From contig MU060965.1 of NCBI GenBank assembly GCA_013265495.1, positions 248,001 through 312,000 on the forward strand: 64,000 bases of DNA, given 5' to 3'. Shown here piece by piece: positions 61,151 through 64,000 of the stretch (position 1 is its first letter; each line of letters opens with the position of its first letter). The DNA is from Vicugna vicugna. Its lineage: Eukaryota. Under the pieces are notes generated by a model. The model was not told where the DNA came from. It saw nothing but the letters and a program-made list of their open reading frames with translations, and did not search any database. A program made the position numbers and the translations under genes.

Positions 61151-61225
61151 CTTCTCCTCCCAGTCCCGACAAAAAAGCTAAGCGGCACCAAGTAAAGAGC
61201 GACCCAACGCCTTTTGGTTCACGAG
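61151..61225 (+). CDS. MCF2L: Exon 28, symmetric cassette ASPPSPDKKAKRHQVKSDPTPFGSR
   Basis: cctgcag|CT...GAG|gtagag, 75 nt, phase 1/1. Resembles an optional human segment recalled as ASPTSPDKKAKRHEVKSDPTPFGVR. Confidence 0.9.
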
Positions 61226-64000
61226 GTAGAGTGGCCCAGCCCGACGTCCACCTCCCCGTCCGGTTAGGGACACTGTCTTGCTGTCACATGTCATCTGAGA
61301 TCACAACGAAGTAGGTCTCTCCGAGCCAGGGGCAAATGCTCTTTGCACTGATGCTCTGGTGACCGATGCCATGATGACATCACTCCTCTGACCGGCTCTG
61401 CCCAGAGCCTGCAGAACAAGGCTCTGACACCTGGCTGGTGCTTGGCCACGTAGGCTTCAGGGCTCCCCGTCCCTGGCCATCCTGCTTCACCATTTGTCCC
61501 GAAGCTTCTGTGGAAACACAGAATGCGGCAGCCGACAGGTCCCATCCCATCTGTCGTTTCCTGAGAGACCCCAGCGGTACAGGCAGATGGGGTCAGGCTC
61601 TCCTACTGGACCTCGGGCCTTCACCTCTCTTGCCACTCATGGTCTGAGGGCAATGACCCCCCACCCCAGCCCAGACTGAGGGTCTGAAAATCACAGAGAG
61701 AATTTCACTCTGAACCTTCCTGAGTTCCCCAAACAACATGAAGGTTCCCAAGGGGTACAGGCTGAACCAAATCCCCACACGCACACCTGGAGGCCACCCA
61801 GAGGTCACCGTAGCCACCCTGGCCTCAGTCTGCACTCCGGGGACCCAGGCTGCACCCTCTTGCGACCCCAGGTGGGAGAGCTCAGAGGCCGGGGCTGCGA
61901 CCGCCTCCTCCAGCCCTGCCCTCCACCCTGCGGAGGCCCCCAAGCTGCGGGGAAGGGTCCCTGCCCCTTGGTGGTCTCCTGGGAGGGGCTGGCTTTGGTC
62001 ATCTGGGCACTGCTCTGCTGACTCCTTGTGTAGGAAGCTGCCCAGGGCCACGCGGCTCAGACACTGCTTCTGACGCCGTTGAGCCCGGTGGCGTCACCTC
62101 TGCCTGCTCCTCTCCTCACCTGCGGCGGCCTCGCAGTGAAGAGTGTCAGCCCTGAGCCCGGGCTCGGTGCCAGGCCTCCCCTCCTGCTCCGTCACTCCTG
62201 GCCACAGCGGTGACAGGGAGCTACAGGCCTTGCTGGCTGGTGCCAAGTGCTTGCTTCCTGGACAGCCTCTTCAGCACTGACGTTCATGCCTGCTCTACAG
62301 GAAACAGACCAAATTCAGGGTCACCGTGGCCTCACGTCCTCTCGCAGCACCCCCAGCACCCGGCGTGATCCAGAGTGCTTGTCGTGCTTCCAAACGTTTC
62401 GTTGTCTTGTTCCACGCTCAGTGCCCGGGCGGTGGGTCGCAGCGTTTCCCTTCACTCTGGTGTCGCTCTGCCGATGCAGGGATACTCAGTCCATCCCGGG
62501 TGGTTCATTCAGAAGCCCCGGCCGACGGGCGTGACCGCAGGCCCAGACGCTGCTGTGCAGCTGGAAGGCCTGCTCTCCGCAGGTGCCAGAGGGCGGAGCT
62601 GTCTGTCCGTGGGTTCAGGTTCGCAGACCCGGCGACCACGCAGCTCTGCCTCTCTGCCCAGGGGACAGCCTTCACCTTTCTGTCCTCACTGTCCTCCTTC
62701 AGCCCTACGTTCTTTGTGGCCAGAAGCCCCGTCCATCAGTGTGGGCTGGAGGGGTAGGCGTGTATGGCCAGCTGCCCAGCGTCGGGACTCCTGGTGACCC
62801 CCACCAGTGTCCATCTGCACTTCCCATGCTGGCCGCTGCCCATGTGCCCGAAGCAGGAGAGGTGGGTGGTTTGTGGCTGGAAGCTTGCAGTCCCTGCTTC
62901 CTGCACAGACACCACCCCTCCCTGGGCGCTGGGCCTGGAGCAGGGGCTCATGGGGGCTTTGGGGGAGCCTGCGGGGCTGCTGGCCTCTGCCGGCCTCTGC
63001 TGGCCTCTGCGGTGATGCGGACAGGGGCTCAGGGCTCTGTGGGCTCAGAGGGAACCTGGTCCCAGCTCCCTTTCCTGTGAAGACAGAGACGTCTTCCTGA
63101 TGCCCCTCCCACACAGGCTTTTCAGAATGGTCGGCCTCGGGAGCTGGCCTGCTGGACATCTGCCCCTTTGCGCCCCGACTGTGCTTGTCTGCTGTGGTTC
63201 CCTCACACCCTCAGGGAAAAGCGTGCCTCCAGCCACTCCAAGTGTCACTCATAACTGGGTGTGAGGGTCTGCTGACTCCCGGGTCCACTCGCTCGCCTCT
63301 GGTCGAAGTGCCACTTGACCCCAAGTGGTGGCCGGGACCCAGCACCCCAGGCGTGTGTCTCTGGCCTCTTACTTCCTTACTGGCCTCTGCTGTGTTCGCC
63401 CAGAATTGGGGGCTCGCCGTCTCCCACCTCCCCATGGTGTGCCTGCAGCCGCCTCTTGGGGATCAGGGCAGTAGACACACTAGTGCAGGGACGTTGCGTG
63501 TCTCCTAGAAGCCTAGACGAAGCCCTTCCCTGGTCCGCTGGCCCAGCAGAGGTGGCTGGCGCTCGTGCAGGCTGCCTCCAGGGCCAGGCACCCTGGGCTG
63601 GCCTCCCAGCCTCACCCTGCGGCCCAAGGAAGCTCAGATGTGTGACTGGCATCAGGGCTGTCCCTACCTAGCCCATCGAGGGCCAGGATTGGGCCGGCCA
63701 GGAGCCCTCAGCAAGTCCTGTGTCATGTCGTGTAAGGAACTGTCCTCCGGCCCAGCCAGTGGCTGCTGAGCATTGCAGGTGTTGATTGAAAACGCCTTGC
63801 TCTCTTGGTTTGCCCAACACAGATGGGTGTTGGAGGCCCTCAGGCCCCCTGGGACCAGCAGGCAGGGGCCTGGTGGGAGTTCTCCCCCAGGAAGCAGCAG
63901 AGCCCACAGGTCACGCGTACACTGTCCAGAGAGGGCTGGGCTTCGTCTCTGGTGATGGAGGCAGGTGCTCTGGCCTGGCCCCTAGGCAGTTTGCACAGCT

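Larger units (their letters stand above)
4486..61225 (+). other. MCF2L: MCF2L (Dbs/Ost) Rho GEF gene model, 3'-incomplete: Sec14, spectrin repeats, DH, PH, partial tail
   Basis: Exons with AG/GT boundaries join in one frame with matching phases. Peptides such as [45 protein letters not shown] and FEIWYNAREEVYIVQ match Dbs/MCF2L as I recall it. Confidence 0.97.

Noticed and set aside
63823-63911. cacag|ATGGGTGTTGG...CAG|gtcacg as the next MCF2L exon
   Set aside because: The donor is weak and the peptide does not resemble the expected GWSKTSHS exon, which appears to lie beyond the window.

Overview
This is GC- and CpG-rich mammalian genomic DNA, not prokaryotic. Almost the whole window is one + strand multi-exon gene that I recognise from its translation as MCF2L (Dbs/Ost), a Dbl-family Rho GEF. 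I hand-assembled a frame-consistent chain of 27 internal exons from 23788 to 61225. They encode Sec14/CRAL-TRIO, spectrin-like repeats, DH, PH and part of the C-terminal tail. With the first exon at 14321 the chain gives 3118 nt of open frame. The final exons (GWSK... and the SH3 domain in the human protein as I recall it) lie beyond the right edge. Introns contain only old repeats (MIR, L1M 3' ends, MLT1 LTRs, a MER5A-like element), two G-rich minisatellites and one 490-N assembly gap. The long ORFs in the supplied track are mostly GC-content artefacts or intron read-throughs of real exons. I found no CRISPR array, RNA gene or new protein family, and I cannot claim an undescribed system. The best leads concern isoform architecture: several phase-matched alternative first exons; a hidden terminal exon whose stop codon overlaps a double AATAAA; YCAY clusters around C-terminal cassette exons; a rare GAG acceptor; a possible GC donor; and strong AT-to-GC drift in L1 relics. 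Exon numbers are local to this window. Comparisons with human MCF2L and repeat consensus sequences come from memory, not from a database search.
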